From: Desulfobacterales bacterium
GTDB taxonomy: Bacteria; Desulfobacterota; Desulfobacteria; Desulfobacterales; SKZT01
Direction: 5' to 3'
Length of the DNA: 49,739 bases
NCBI GenBank assembly: GCA_018399715.1
Contig: JAGYNR010000004.1
Coordinates: 1-49,739 of the forward strand
Positions 1 through 8,603 of this stretch are shown one piece after another (the first letter of the stretch is position 1; each line of letters opens with the position of its first letter). The translations under genes were made by a program, and so were the position numbers. The notes under the pieces were generated by a model. That model was given only the letters and a program-made list of their open reading frames with translations, did not search any database and had not been told where the DNA came from.

Positions 1-57
1 ACATTCTTAGTTTATTGATAGTATTAGGTGGGTAAAAAAATTACCCGACCAAAATAT

Positions 58-134
<77 letters not shown>

Positions 135-374
135 GCTTTCAGAAAATCTCCAGAACAGTATCCAAGAATCATCATGAAAAATGAGGAAAAAGCCATAAAT
201 TTCCAACTTTTACATGAAGGATTAAAATCAAGGATAAATCCGGAATCGCTTCGATATTATATTTTTTATTTCTCCATCTTTTCCCCCGGACAGTTAGATA
301 TCTACCTACACCACGCAGTGGCGGGTTAAGTACTGTGATGTACGGCTAAACAATCCATTGGCCAATCAATTTGA

Positions 375-1604
375 ATGAGATCATTTATAAAAATAATACG
401 CCCGACATCAGCCTTTTTATTACCAGTGATAATAGTCAGTGCGGCGTTTGCGGATAGCACCAAAGGTGTTAGCACTTCAGGCACAACAGATATGAATGAT
501 GATGTGGTAATACTGATAATCTACGTGTTGCTGGCATTAGGCTTTTCATTTCTTTGTTCCGTGGCAGAGGCGGTTATCTTGAGTATTACGCCTTCATATA
601 TTGAGGGCTTGAAAAAAAAGCGACCAGAGCACGCGGTAGCCTTGAAACGGCTGAAACAGGACAAAGTGGACCGGGCGCTTGCAGCTATCTTAACATTGAA
701 CACTATTGCGCATACAGTCGGGGCTATCGGGGCCGGTGCCAAAGCAACCATCATTTTTGGGAGTTCTTGGTTTGGTCTGTTTTCAGCGGGAATGACATTG
801 ATGATTCTTTTCTTTTCTGAAATTGTTCCTAAAACCATTGGTGCCATCTATTGGTCAAAACTTACCAGACCAATTGCCTTTTTTGTGAATATGCTGATCG
901 TCTTGCTATATCCGATAGTTTGGCTCTCGGAGAGAGTTACAAGGCTGATTGCACACGGAAAGAACTTGCCGGTATTTAGCCGGGATGAGTTCATTGCAAT
1001 GGCACGCTTTGGCGAATATACCGGGCATATCCAAAAGAAAGAGTCCCGGATTATTCGAAACCTCTTTCGGTTTGAGTCGTTGAAAGTAACAGATATTATG
1101 ACGCCACGCACTGTTATTTCAGCATTATCCGAAGAAATGTCAATTTTAAAGGCATTGAAGTGCGTCACTCAAGCACCATTCTCCCGCTTACCGCTCTACA
1201 AAAGAAACATAGACGACATAACCGGTTTTGTTCTGAAAGATGATGTTTTGATATTCAATGCACAGGGACGGGGGGATGAAAAGCTCAAGTCTTTGAAGCG
1301 TGACATACTAGCCATTCCGGAGACAATATCATTGTCGGTTTTATTGGAATATTTTCTCAAGAATCGTCAGCAGATCGCCATTGTTGTTGATGAACACGGC
1401 GGCACCAGAGGACTGGTGACTCTCGAAGATTTGATAGAAACATTAATGGGCATGGAAATCATGGATGAAACAGATAATGTCGAAGACATGCGGGTCTTGG
1501 CGCGAAAGCAATGGATAGAACGTGCCAGGGCGCTGGGGGCAGAAGTTGAAATAGCAGAGCAGTGCAATGCCGAACGCGACACTTCTCCGAATGCAGACAA
1601 GTAA
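375..1604 (+). CDS. CNNM/DUF21 + CBS-pair protein (hemolysin/CorC-like Mg2+/Co2+ transport family)
   Basis: SFLCSVAEA and ILFFSEIVPK DUF21 motifs, IMTPR, FSRLPLY, VVDEHGG..GLVTLEDLIE CBS motifs. Confidence 0.9.
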   Translation: MRSFIKIIRPTSAFLLPVIIVSAAFADSTKGVSTSGTTDMNDDVVILIIYVLLALGFSFLCSVAEAVILSITPSYIEGLKKKRPEHAVALKRLKQDKVDRALAAILTLNTIAHTVGAIGAGAKATIIFGSSWFGLFSAGMTLMILFFSEIVPKTIGAIYWSKLTRPIAFFVNMLIVLLYPIVWLSERVTRLIAHGKNLPVFSRDEFIAMARFGEYTGHIQKKESRIIRNLFRFESLKVTDIMTPRTVISALSEEMSILKALKCVTQAPFSRLPLYKRNIDDITGFVLKDDVLIFNAQGRGDEKLKSLKRDILAIPETISLSVLLEYFLKNRQQIAIVVDEHGGTRGLVTLEDLIETLMGMEIMDETDNVEDMRVLARKQWIERARALGAEVEIAEQCNAERDTSPNADK

Positions 1605-1772
1605 CCCCGGTGAACGTGAACGCCGAATTCATATACGAGTGTCTAAATCGGGTTGGTAAAGTAGCAAGGTCTCCACAGGAACCACCTGTAAGGATTTGGG
1701 AGAGCAAACAAAGGGCCCTAAAAACATAAGACCGGCAATCCGGTTACACGTGTTGCTAATCTGAGCGAGTGA

Positions 1773-2309
1773 CTATTTTTTTACCAGATCTACTCCCAGC
1801 TCAAGTGCCTGACGGTTAATAGCCAGAAATTCAGGCCGGATTCGGTTTTCAAGGACTTTCATGATAGATTCGGGATATACTAACTTTGTCAGCTCAATAA
1901 CAGCGCCGAGCATACAGATATTCAATACGATGGGTTTTCCGATTTTTTCCATTACAGTGCGGTATATGGGAAGTTCCCATTGGACAGCATCCACTTTTTT
2001 GTGGGTTTCCACATACCTGGTATCGGTAATTAAAATTCCGCCCGGCCGGATAATGCCATAAAATTTATTATAGGATTCCTGGGTCAGGCAGACCAGTATA
2101 TTCGGCTGGTTCACTTTCGGAAAGTGAATGTCTGTGTCACTGATGATCACTTCACTGCGTGTCGCTCCCCCTCTGGCTTCCGGTCCATAGGACTGCGATT
2201 GTACCGCGATCAGATTTTCATACATGACAGCGGCTTCCGCCAGAATGATAGCTGCGGTGATCACGCCTTGTCCCCCCGAGCCAGAAAAAACCAGTCTGCA
2301 TCTTTCCAT
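1773..2309 (-). CDS. korC: 2-oxoacid:ferredoxin oxidoreductase gamma subunit
   Basis: GSGGQG and QSYGPEARGG motifs; last gene of a delta-alpha-beta-gamma operon; substrate not determinable. Confidence 0.88.
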   Translation of the reverse strand: MERCRLVFSGSGGQGVITAAIILAEAAVMYENLIAVQSQSYGPEARGGATRSEVIISDTDIHFPKVNQPNILVCLTQESYNKFYGIIRPGGILITDTRYVETHKKVDAVQWELPIYRTVMEKIGKPIVLNICMLGAVIELTKLVYPESIMKVLENRIRPEFLAINRQALELGVDLVKK

Positions 2310-2314
2310 AACCG

Positions 2315-3121
2315 TTATCCCTTTTCCCCTTGTGCTGTTTCGATGATCTTTTCATATTCCCTGCAGTATTCCGGCAGATCTTTTCTTACAAATATACCCC
2401 GCTCAATCAGATTCGGATTTTCCTGTTTGGCCTTGGAGCCAATGGGTGTTGTGAAATCCCGAAAAAATTTGACCATTTCAACGGCAGAGCCCATTTTATT
2501 TTTTCTTCCGAAATGGGTCGGACACTGAGTTAAAACTTCAACGACCGAAAAGCCCTCATGAAAAATAGCCTCTTTGAAGATATTGGACATCTGCTTGACA
2601 TGATAAGTGGTGGTGCGGGCCACAAAAGTAGCTCCGGCGGATCTGGCCAACTTCACCACATCAAAGGCTTGGTCAATATTGCCAAACGGTGCGGTGGTGG
2701 CCAGCTTTGCATAGCCGGTGAGCGGGCTGTACTGTCCGCCGGTCATTCCGTAGATACGGTTATTCATCACAATGGCCGTGATGTCAATATTACGTCTGGC
2801 TGCATGGATAAAATGGTTTCCGCCGATGGCAAGGGCGTCGCCGTCACCCATGGGGACAATCAGTGTCAGCTCCGGGCGACTCATTTTAACCCCTGTGGCA
2901 AAAGCCAGAGCACGGCCATGAAGGGTATGAAGCGTGTGAACATCCACATAGCCGGATATCCGCGAAGAACAGCCAATACCTGAGACCATCACAATTTCAT
3001 TTTTACTGATGCTCAATGTATCGAAGGTCCGGAGCAACGCATTAAGAATCATACCGTGACCGCATCCGGGGCACCACATGTGTGGGAAAAACCGTTCCCT
3101 GATATAATCTTTAATCGCCAT
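2315..3121 (-). CDS. korB: 2-oxoacid:ferredoxin oxidoreductase beta subunit (TPP-binding)
   Basis: WCPGCG, SGIGCS, GDGD..N TPP motif, YGMTGGQYSP. Confidence 0.92.
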   Translation of the reverse strand: MAIKDYIRERFFPHMWCPGCGHGMILNALLRTFDTLSISKNEIVMVSGIGCSSRISGYVDVHTLHTLHGRALAFATGVKMSRPELTLIVPMGDGDALAIGGNHFIHAARRNIDITAIVMNNRIYGMTGGQYSPLTGYAKLATTAPFGNIDQAFDVVKLARSAGATFVARTTTYHVKQMSNIFKEAIFHEGFSVVEVLTQCPTHFGRKNKMGSAVEMVKFFRDFTTPIGSKAKQENPNLIERGIFVRKDLPEYCREYEKIIETAQGEKG

Positions 3122-3124
3122 AAA

Positions 3125-4273
3125 TTATACTCCTCTTCCCTGAATGAGACGAAGAATGTTTCTGATATCCGTTGGCGTGATAAAAATGCCGTCAACGCGA
3201 TTGGCCAGAAATACCCGGTCCGGGTGTTCAACCGCCAGTTTGACATGTTGAAAAATTTGTCCAAGATTCATCTCTACTACGACAATGTATTTTGCCTTCT
3301 GACATTTTTCACGGATAAGGTCGTAATTAAAAGGCCACAATGTCTGAAGCTCCAAAAGGCCGAGAGATTCACCCCGCCCTCGTCGGTTTATCACTACGTG
3401 AAGAGCGGATCTGGCGGAAGCGCCATAGGATATGAGCACTGTCTGAGCATCCTCCAGATAATATTCTTTATACCTGGAGATGACATGAACGTTGTTTTTG
3501 ATCTTGTCGGTAAGATGATGAATTAACCCGTGGACAACTCCGGGGTTATTCGATGGAAATCCCCACATATCGTGATAAAGACCGGTGACATTATAACGAT
3601 GAACCCCTCCGAAATCAGATATAGGCAACCGGCCGTCTTCTCTCGGAAGATACGGATGGAAATCGACGCCATCGGGTACGGAAGTTCTAAGCCGTTCCAC
3701 CAGGGGGATAGCTCCTTTTTCCGGTACGATCAGCCGTTCTCTCATGTGCCCGACCAGTTCATCGAATAACAAAATAACCGGAGTCCGGTAAGTTTCGGCA
3801 ATATTGAAAGCCTCCACCGTAATGTTGAATACTTCCTGATGATTGGACGCCGTCATTGCTACGATATCATGATCGCCATGAGTTCCCCATCGCGCCTGAC
3901 AAACATCTCCCTGAGACACTTTGGTCGGTAGGCCGGTAGACGGTCCCCCGCGTTGAACATTGACAATCACGCAGGGTATCTCTCCCATGACCGCATAGCC
4001 CAAAGCCTCCTGCATCAGAGAAAAGCCGGGACCGCTGGTGGCAGTCATGGCTTTAATCCCGGTCAGCGATGCACCGATGATCGCACATATGGAACTGATT
4101 TCATCTTCCATCTGAATAAATTTACCTTTATGCTTCGGCAATTCTGAAGAAAGCATTTCGGCAATCTCGGTGGAGGGCGTAATGGGATAACCAGCGAAAA
4201 ATTCTAGTCCGGCATATAACGCCCCTTCAACACAAGCCTCATTTCCCTGTACGAACTTTAACGTTCCTTCCAT
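3125..4273 (-). CDS. korA: 2-oxoacid:ferredoxin oxidoreductase alpha subunit
   Basis: GYPITPSTE, QMEDE, TATSGPG, QRGGPSTGLPT motifs. Confidence 0.92.
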   Translation of the reverse strand: MEGTLKFVQGNEACVEGALYAGLEFFAGYPITPSTEIAEMLSSELPKHKGKFIQMEDEISSICAIIGASLTGIKAMTATSGPGFSLMQEALGYAVMGEIPCVIVNVQRGGPSTGLPTKVSQGDVCQARWGTHGDHDIVAMTASNHQEVFNITVEAFNIAETYRTPVILLFDELVGHMRERLIVPEKGAIPLVERLRTSVPDGVDFHPYLPREDGRLPISDFGGVHRYNVTGLYHDMWGFPSNNPGVVHGLIHHLTDKIKNNVHVISRYKEYYLEDAQTVLISYGASARSALHVVINRRGRGESLGLLELQTLWPFNYDLIREKCQKAKYIVVVEMNLGQIFQHVKLAVEHPDRVFLANRVDGIFITPTDIRNILRLIQGRGV

Positions 4274-4311
4274 GTCTTCTCTTTGCCTTCTCCATTAAAT
4301 AATGACAAAAT

Positions 4312-4548
4312 TTAAGTAGATCCTGTTTGCTCTGTTTCAGTTTCCGGTTCCGTCTCGATTTCAATTGCCAGATCAGGGCATAACATCTCACAAAATCTGC
4401 ACGCAATACAGTCCTCCGGACGAACTGCTTGCGCCTTGTCCTTGTCATCTAACTCCAAAACGTTTTTGGGACAAAACGCAACACAAATTCCGCAACCCTT
4501 GCACCATTCCCGGTTAATATGGTGTTTTTTTAATTTTTCTTTTGCCAT
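4312..4548 (-). CDS. korD: 2x[4Fe-4S] ferredoxin, oxidoreductase delta subunit
   Basis: Two CxxCxxCxxxCP motifs; ATG at 4548 with GAGGA RBS. Confidence 0.88.
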   Translation of the reverse strand: MAKEKLKKHHINREWCKGCGICVAFCPKNVLELDDKDKAQAVRPEDCIACRFCEMLCPDLAIEIETEPETETEQTGST

Positions 4549-4590
4549 GAATTTTTCCTCAAGGTATTTTAACATCTGTTTTATAGGTGA

Positions 4591-4619
4591 TTCATAAGAA
4601 AGGAATACGGATTTGTCAA
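4591..4619 (-). promoter_or_regulatory. Putative sigma70 promoter of kor operon
   Basis: Minus strand TTGACA-N17-TATGAA upstream of korD; -10 imperfect. Confidence 0.4.
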
Positions 4620-4760
4620 GGAATTGTCTATGCAGATTCTATTCAAAACATCATATATTTATGATATACGGGCTAAAAAGAAAATCATTAATTTTTGGTC
4701 TTTGAACGGCCTGTAACTGAAACTGAGTTTAGGTGTAAATCTGCTACCACACATGGGAAA

Positions 4761-6815
4761 ATGATGGATCAAGGCAAACTGTTTGATAATAACGAATTGA
4801 AAAAAAACCTGGATGCAGCCATTGAAAATGCATGTCAATGGTTGAAAAAGCGACAAGCTCCGGAAGGATTTTGGATGGGCGTGCTTGAATCCAATTCATG
4901 TATGGAGGCTGAATGGCTGCTGGTTTTGTTTTTTTTGGGAGTCACCGATAATGTTAAAACAGAAGGATTAATGAAAGGAATCCTTAATAAACAGCGGCCG
5001 GATGGTTCTTGGGAGGTTTATTATGATGCGCCGCAAGGTGATATCAATACTACAGTGGAAGCCTATGCAGCACTGAAAGCCTGGGGAATGAAGGCGGAAG
5101 CAGCTCCTTTGAAAAAGGCGAGAAAGTGGATACTCGCCCATGGAGGCCTGTCAAAAATACGGGTTTTTACCCGCTATTGGCTGGCGCTGATCGGTGAATG
5201 GCCATGGGATAAAACACCGAATGTACCCCCTGAAATCATTTGGTTTCCGCTCTGGTTTCCCTTTAATATATATAATTTTGCCTGCTGGGCACGGACTACC
5301 ATGGTTCCGCTGAGTATTTTGTCGGCACGTCGGGCGGTTCGATCATTGCCGGCAGAGGCAAGACTAAACGAGCTCTTCCCGGAGGGGCGTTCGGCAATGG
5401 ATTACAACTTGCCCCAAAAAGGCGGCATAGTTTCCTGGGAGCGAGTTTTTTTAACAATTGACCGTTTTTTACATACCTTTCAAAAAAGGGCTTTGACACC
5501 GGGGCGGGAAACGGCCATTAAAGTTTGCCTGGAATGGATTATCCGGCATCAGGAGGCTGACGGCACGTGGGGAGGAATCCAGCCGCCCTGGGTCTATAGT
5601 CTGGTAGCGCTGAGCGTGGAAGGCTACCCGGTTTCTCATCCCATGATACATAAATCAATTTCAGCCATCGATACCCATTGGTCATACAGGCGTGACAATG
5701 CACTTTACATTCAGGCTTGTGAATCGCCGGTATGGGACACAATACTGGCATTGATGGCGATGGAAGATGCCGGATACGATTATTGTCAAATGCCGGCAAT
5801 GCAACAAGCAGCCAACTGGCTGTTAAAAAAACAGGTCATGGCTTCCGGTGACTGGCAGATAAAACTTAAAGACGTGGAGCCCGGAGGATGGTCCTTCGAG
5901 CATGAAAATTTGAAATATCCGGATGTAGATGATACCGCGGTAGCATTAATTGTTTTGAACCGGCTGTCTTCAGCAGCCAAAGAATCAAGTGAATTTTCTG
6001 TGGCTATCGATCGTGCAGTGAGGTGGATTATTGCCATGCAATGTCACAACGGTGGATGGGGTGCATTTGATATCAACAATGACAAGCGTTTAATCACCAA
6101 AATTCCATTTTTTGATTTTGGAGAGGCTCTGGATCCCCCTAGTGTAGATGTCACCGCACATGTTATTGAGGCACTGGGAAATTTGGGGATGACAATTGAT
6201 CATCCCGTTGTGAGCAGGGCCGTCAATTTTATTCATTCTGAACAGGAATTACAGGGAAGCTGGTTCGGTCGATGGGGTGTCAACCATCTTTACGGCACAG
6301 GTGCAGTTTTACCGGCATTAAAAGCTGTGGGCGAAGATATGTCTCGCCGTTACATTCAAAAAGCGGCAGATTGGATCGTTTCCTGCCAGAACCCGGACGG
6401 CGGATGGGGGGAGACCTGCGGGTCTTATATGGCAAATGAGCTACGGGGAAAAGGGGAGAGCACGGCCTCACAAAGTGCATGGGCATTGATGGGGCTATTG
6501 GCTGTCAGCGGTCGGCGGTACCGGCAAAGTATTGAAAGAGGCGTCGGTTATTTGATCAAAACGCAACGGCAGGGTACCTGGAATGAACCGCAGTATACCG
6601 GTACGGGTTTTCCGGGATATGCCGTAGGTGAGCGAATCGATCTGGCCAATAAACGTCTGTCTTTAAAATTGCAACAGGGAATTGAATTGGGCAAAGGGTT
6701 TATGATTAACTACAACTTGTACCGCCATTATTTTCCACTGATGGCCCTCGGACGGGCCCGCAGGTTTTTAAACCATGAACAGCTCAAATGGTCAGAAGTC
6801 AGAGATCAGAGGTAA
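4761..6815 (+). CDS. shc: Squalene-hopene cyclase
   Basis: DVDDTA catalytic motif, QW repeats (QRPDGSW, QEADGTW, QNPDGGW), GTGFP; ATG at 4761 preferred over upstream TTG. Confidence 0.96.
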   Translation: MMDQGKLFDNNELKKNLDAAIENACQWLKKRQAPEGFWMGVLESNSCMEAEWLLVLFFLGVTDNVKTEGLMKGILNKQRPDGSWEVYYDAPQGDINTTVEAYAALKAWGMKAEAAPLKKARKWILAHGGLSKIRVFTRYWLALIGEWPWDKTPNVPPEIIWFPLWFPFNIYNFACWARTTMVPLSILSARRAVRSLPAEARLNELFPEGRSAMDYNLPQKGGIVSWERVFLTIDRFLHTFQKRALTPGRETAIKVCLEWIIRHQEADGTWGGIQPPWVYSLVALSVEGYPVSHPMIHKSISAIDTHWSYRRDNALYIQACESPVWDTILALMAMEDAGYDYCQMPAMQQAANWLLKKQVMASGDWQIKLKDVEPGGWSFEHENLKYPDVDDTAVALIVLNRLSSAAKESSEFSVAIDRAVRWIIAMQCHNGGWGAFDINNDKRLITKIPFFDFGEALDPPSVDVTAHVIEALGNLGMTIDHPVVSRAVNFIHSEQELQGSWFGRWGVNHLYGTGAVLPALKAVGEDMSRRYIQKAADWIVSCQNPDGGWGETCGSYMANELRGKGESTASQSAWALMGLLAVSGRRYRQSIERGVGYLIKTQRQGTWNEPQYTGTGFPGYAVGERIDLANKRLSLKLQQGIELGKGFMINYNLYRHYFPLMALGRARRFLNHEQLKWSEVRDQR

Positions 6816-6846
6816 TTAGATCAACAATCAGCAATCAACAATCATT
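6791..6846. repeat. Two short heptamer tandem arrays
   Basis: GTCAGAA GTCAGAG ATCAGAG (6791-6811) and GATCAAC AATCAGC AATCAAC AATCATT (6819-6846). Confidence 0.6.
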
Positions 6847-6852
6847 ATTGTC

Positions 6853-7512
6853 ATGAACCTTTATTGCAGAAATACAATATTTCGTCGGTTTTTTGGGACC
6901 GCGGTCATCCGTATGATTTTAGCGGCGGTGATTATCGGTACAGCCGCCTTCCAAACCAGCTACGCAACGAAAACAGATGACCCGACAACGGTTATAGAAC
7001 AGTTTAATGCCAAATTGCTGGAGGCCATGAAGGGCGGCAAAGAAGCCGGATACACTGGTCGTTATCGGATCTTGGAACCGGTTATCCGTGAGGTATTCGC
7101 CTTCAACCTGATTGTTCGTATATCATCAGGTAACTATTGGCTATCTTTGAGCAATGAGCAACGCCAACGGTTGACTGGATTGTACCGGCAATGGTCAACC
7201 GCAGTTTATGCCCAGCGGTATGATTCCTTTAACGGACAGTATTTTAAGCTAATATCTCCTGCCCATCCCCTTGACAGCAAGGTTACCATTGATACACAAA
7301 TGATCAAAAAGAACGGAGATACGGTTTCATTTTGTTATAAACTGATCAACATTAAAGGGCAGTGGAAAATCGTTGATATTCATGTAAAAGGGATCAGTCA
7401 GCTCGCAACCACCCGGGCGCAATTTATCAGTGTGCTCAGACGTGACGGCTTTGACGGGTTGGAAAAGTTACTTCTGGAAAAAATAAAAACCTCGCAGGCT
7501 GTAAATCATTAA
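6853..7512 (+). CDS. hpnM: Hopanoid-associated MlaC/Ttg2D-family periplasmic lipid-binding protein
   Basis: Signal peptide, WKIVDIHVKGISQLATTRAQF MlaC-type motif; directly after shc. Confidence 0.82.
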   Translation: MNLYCRNTIFRRFFGTAVIRMILAAVIIGTAAFQTSYATKTDDPTTVIEQFNAKLLEAMKGGKEAGYTGRYRILEPVIREVFAFNLIVRISSGNYWLSLSNEQRQRLTGLYRQWSTAVYAQRYDSFNGQYFKLISPAHPLDSKVTIDTQMIKKNGDTVSFCYKLINIKGQWKIVDIHVKGISQLATTRAQFISVLRRDGFDGLEKLLLEKIKTSQAVNH

Positions 7513-7573
7513 ATATGATAGTCTTGATTTTGGGCAATGAATTGGGTTGTCTTTTGAAAAATCGGAATGATGG

Positions 7574-8602
7574 ATGATACGGCACTTGCAAAGCCCCCGT
7601 TTTTTTGTAATAGCGTTGGTTGCAGGACTGGCCATTGTTGTAATGTTGCTGCTAAAAGAAGGGATCAGGGAAGTTTGGACAGCCCTGATGATGGTCGGCT
7701 GGAATATTTTCTGGTTGCTGGCGTTTCGGTTTGTGCCCATGGCAATAGATGCGGCCGGGTGGCGATACCTGGTTGTATGCCCCGCTGTTCCGGGCTTTGC
7801 CGGTTTTTTGTTGTATCGATGGGCCGCCGAATCCTGTAATACGCTTTTGCCGGCTGCTCAGGTAGGCGGTCACCTGGTCCGGGCTCTGATGTTGGCCCGT
7901 CGGTTGCCCTCCCGGGCTATGGCCGGAGCTTCCGTTGTGGTTGACTTTACGGTGGGGGTTGGCACCCAGTTTCTGTTTATTATGGGCGGACTCTTGCTGT
8001 TACTGTTTGAGGTGCCCCCGGCTTCGAACATGGCTTTTGCCGTAATCGTGTCGGGTGGGCTCCTGGTGATGGGCGGCTTTATTTTTGTTCAGTATCGGGG
8101 CATATCCGGTGTTTTTAACCGAATTGCCTCGCGCTTTATGAATAACCGTCAGATGATGCAGGTTGCGGGTGGTTTGGAGGCACTTGAAAAAGAAGCGTAT
8201 CGTCTGTATTCGGATTATCATCGATGGATAATATGCGCCTTTGTGCGGTTTGCCGGCTGGATGATGAAAAGTGGTGAAACCTATCTGGTGCTTCTTTTTT
8301 TGGGGGCTTCCCCATCAATTACGGAAGCCGTGATTCTTGAAGCTGTTGGTATAGCTGCCAATAGTTTTGGTTTTCTGGTACCGGGGGCTGTTGGGGTGCG
8401 CGAGGGAGGCATTTTTGCCGTTGCCGCCTTACTGGGGATATCTCCGGAGACGGCTCTGGCGCTTGCACTGATCAAACGGGGCAGGGAACTGGCGGTGGGG
8501 CTTCCCGGTTTGGCGGCATTGCTCATCTTTGAAAAGGATATCCTGTTAAGTCCCCGCATGTATATTAGAAAAAAAGCCGGTAATACCAAAGAGACAAATT
8601 GA
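7574..8602 (+). CDS. hpnL: HpnL-like lysylphosphatidylglycerol synthase TM/flippase-like membrane protein
   Basis: Multi-TM; NTLLPAAQVGG and PGAVGVREGG motifs; hopanoid operon context. Confidence 0.72.
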   Translation: MIRHLQSPRFFVIALVAGLAIVVMLLLKEGIREVWTALMMVGWNIFWLLAFRFVPMAIDAAGWRYLVVCPAVPGFAGFLLYRWAAESCNTLLPAAQVGGHLVRALMLARRLPSRAMAGASVVVDFTVGVGTQFLFIMGGLLLLLFEVPPASNMAFAVIVSGGLLVMGGFIFVQYRGISGVFNRIASRFMNNRQMMQVAGGLEALEKEAYRLYSDYHRWIICAFVRFAGWMMKSGETYLVLLFLGASPSITEAVILEAVGIAANSFGFLVPGAVGVREGGIFAVAALLGISPETALALALIKRGRELAVGLPGLAALLIFEKDILLSPRMYIRKKAGNTKETN

Positions 8603-8603
8603 G

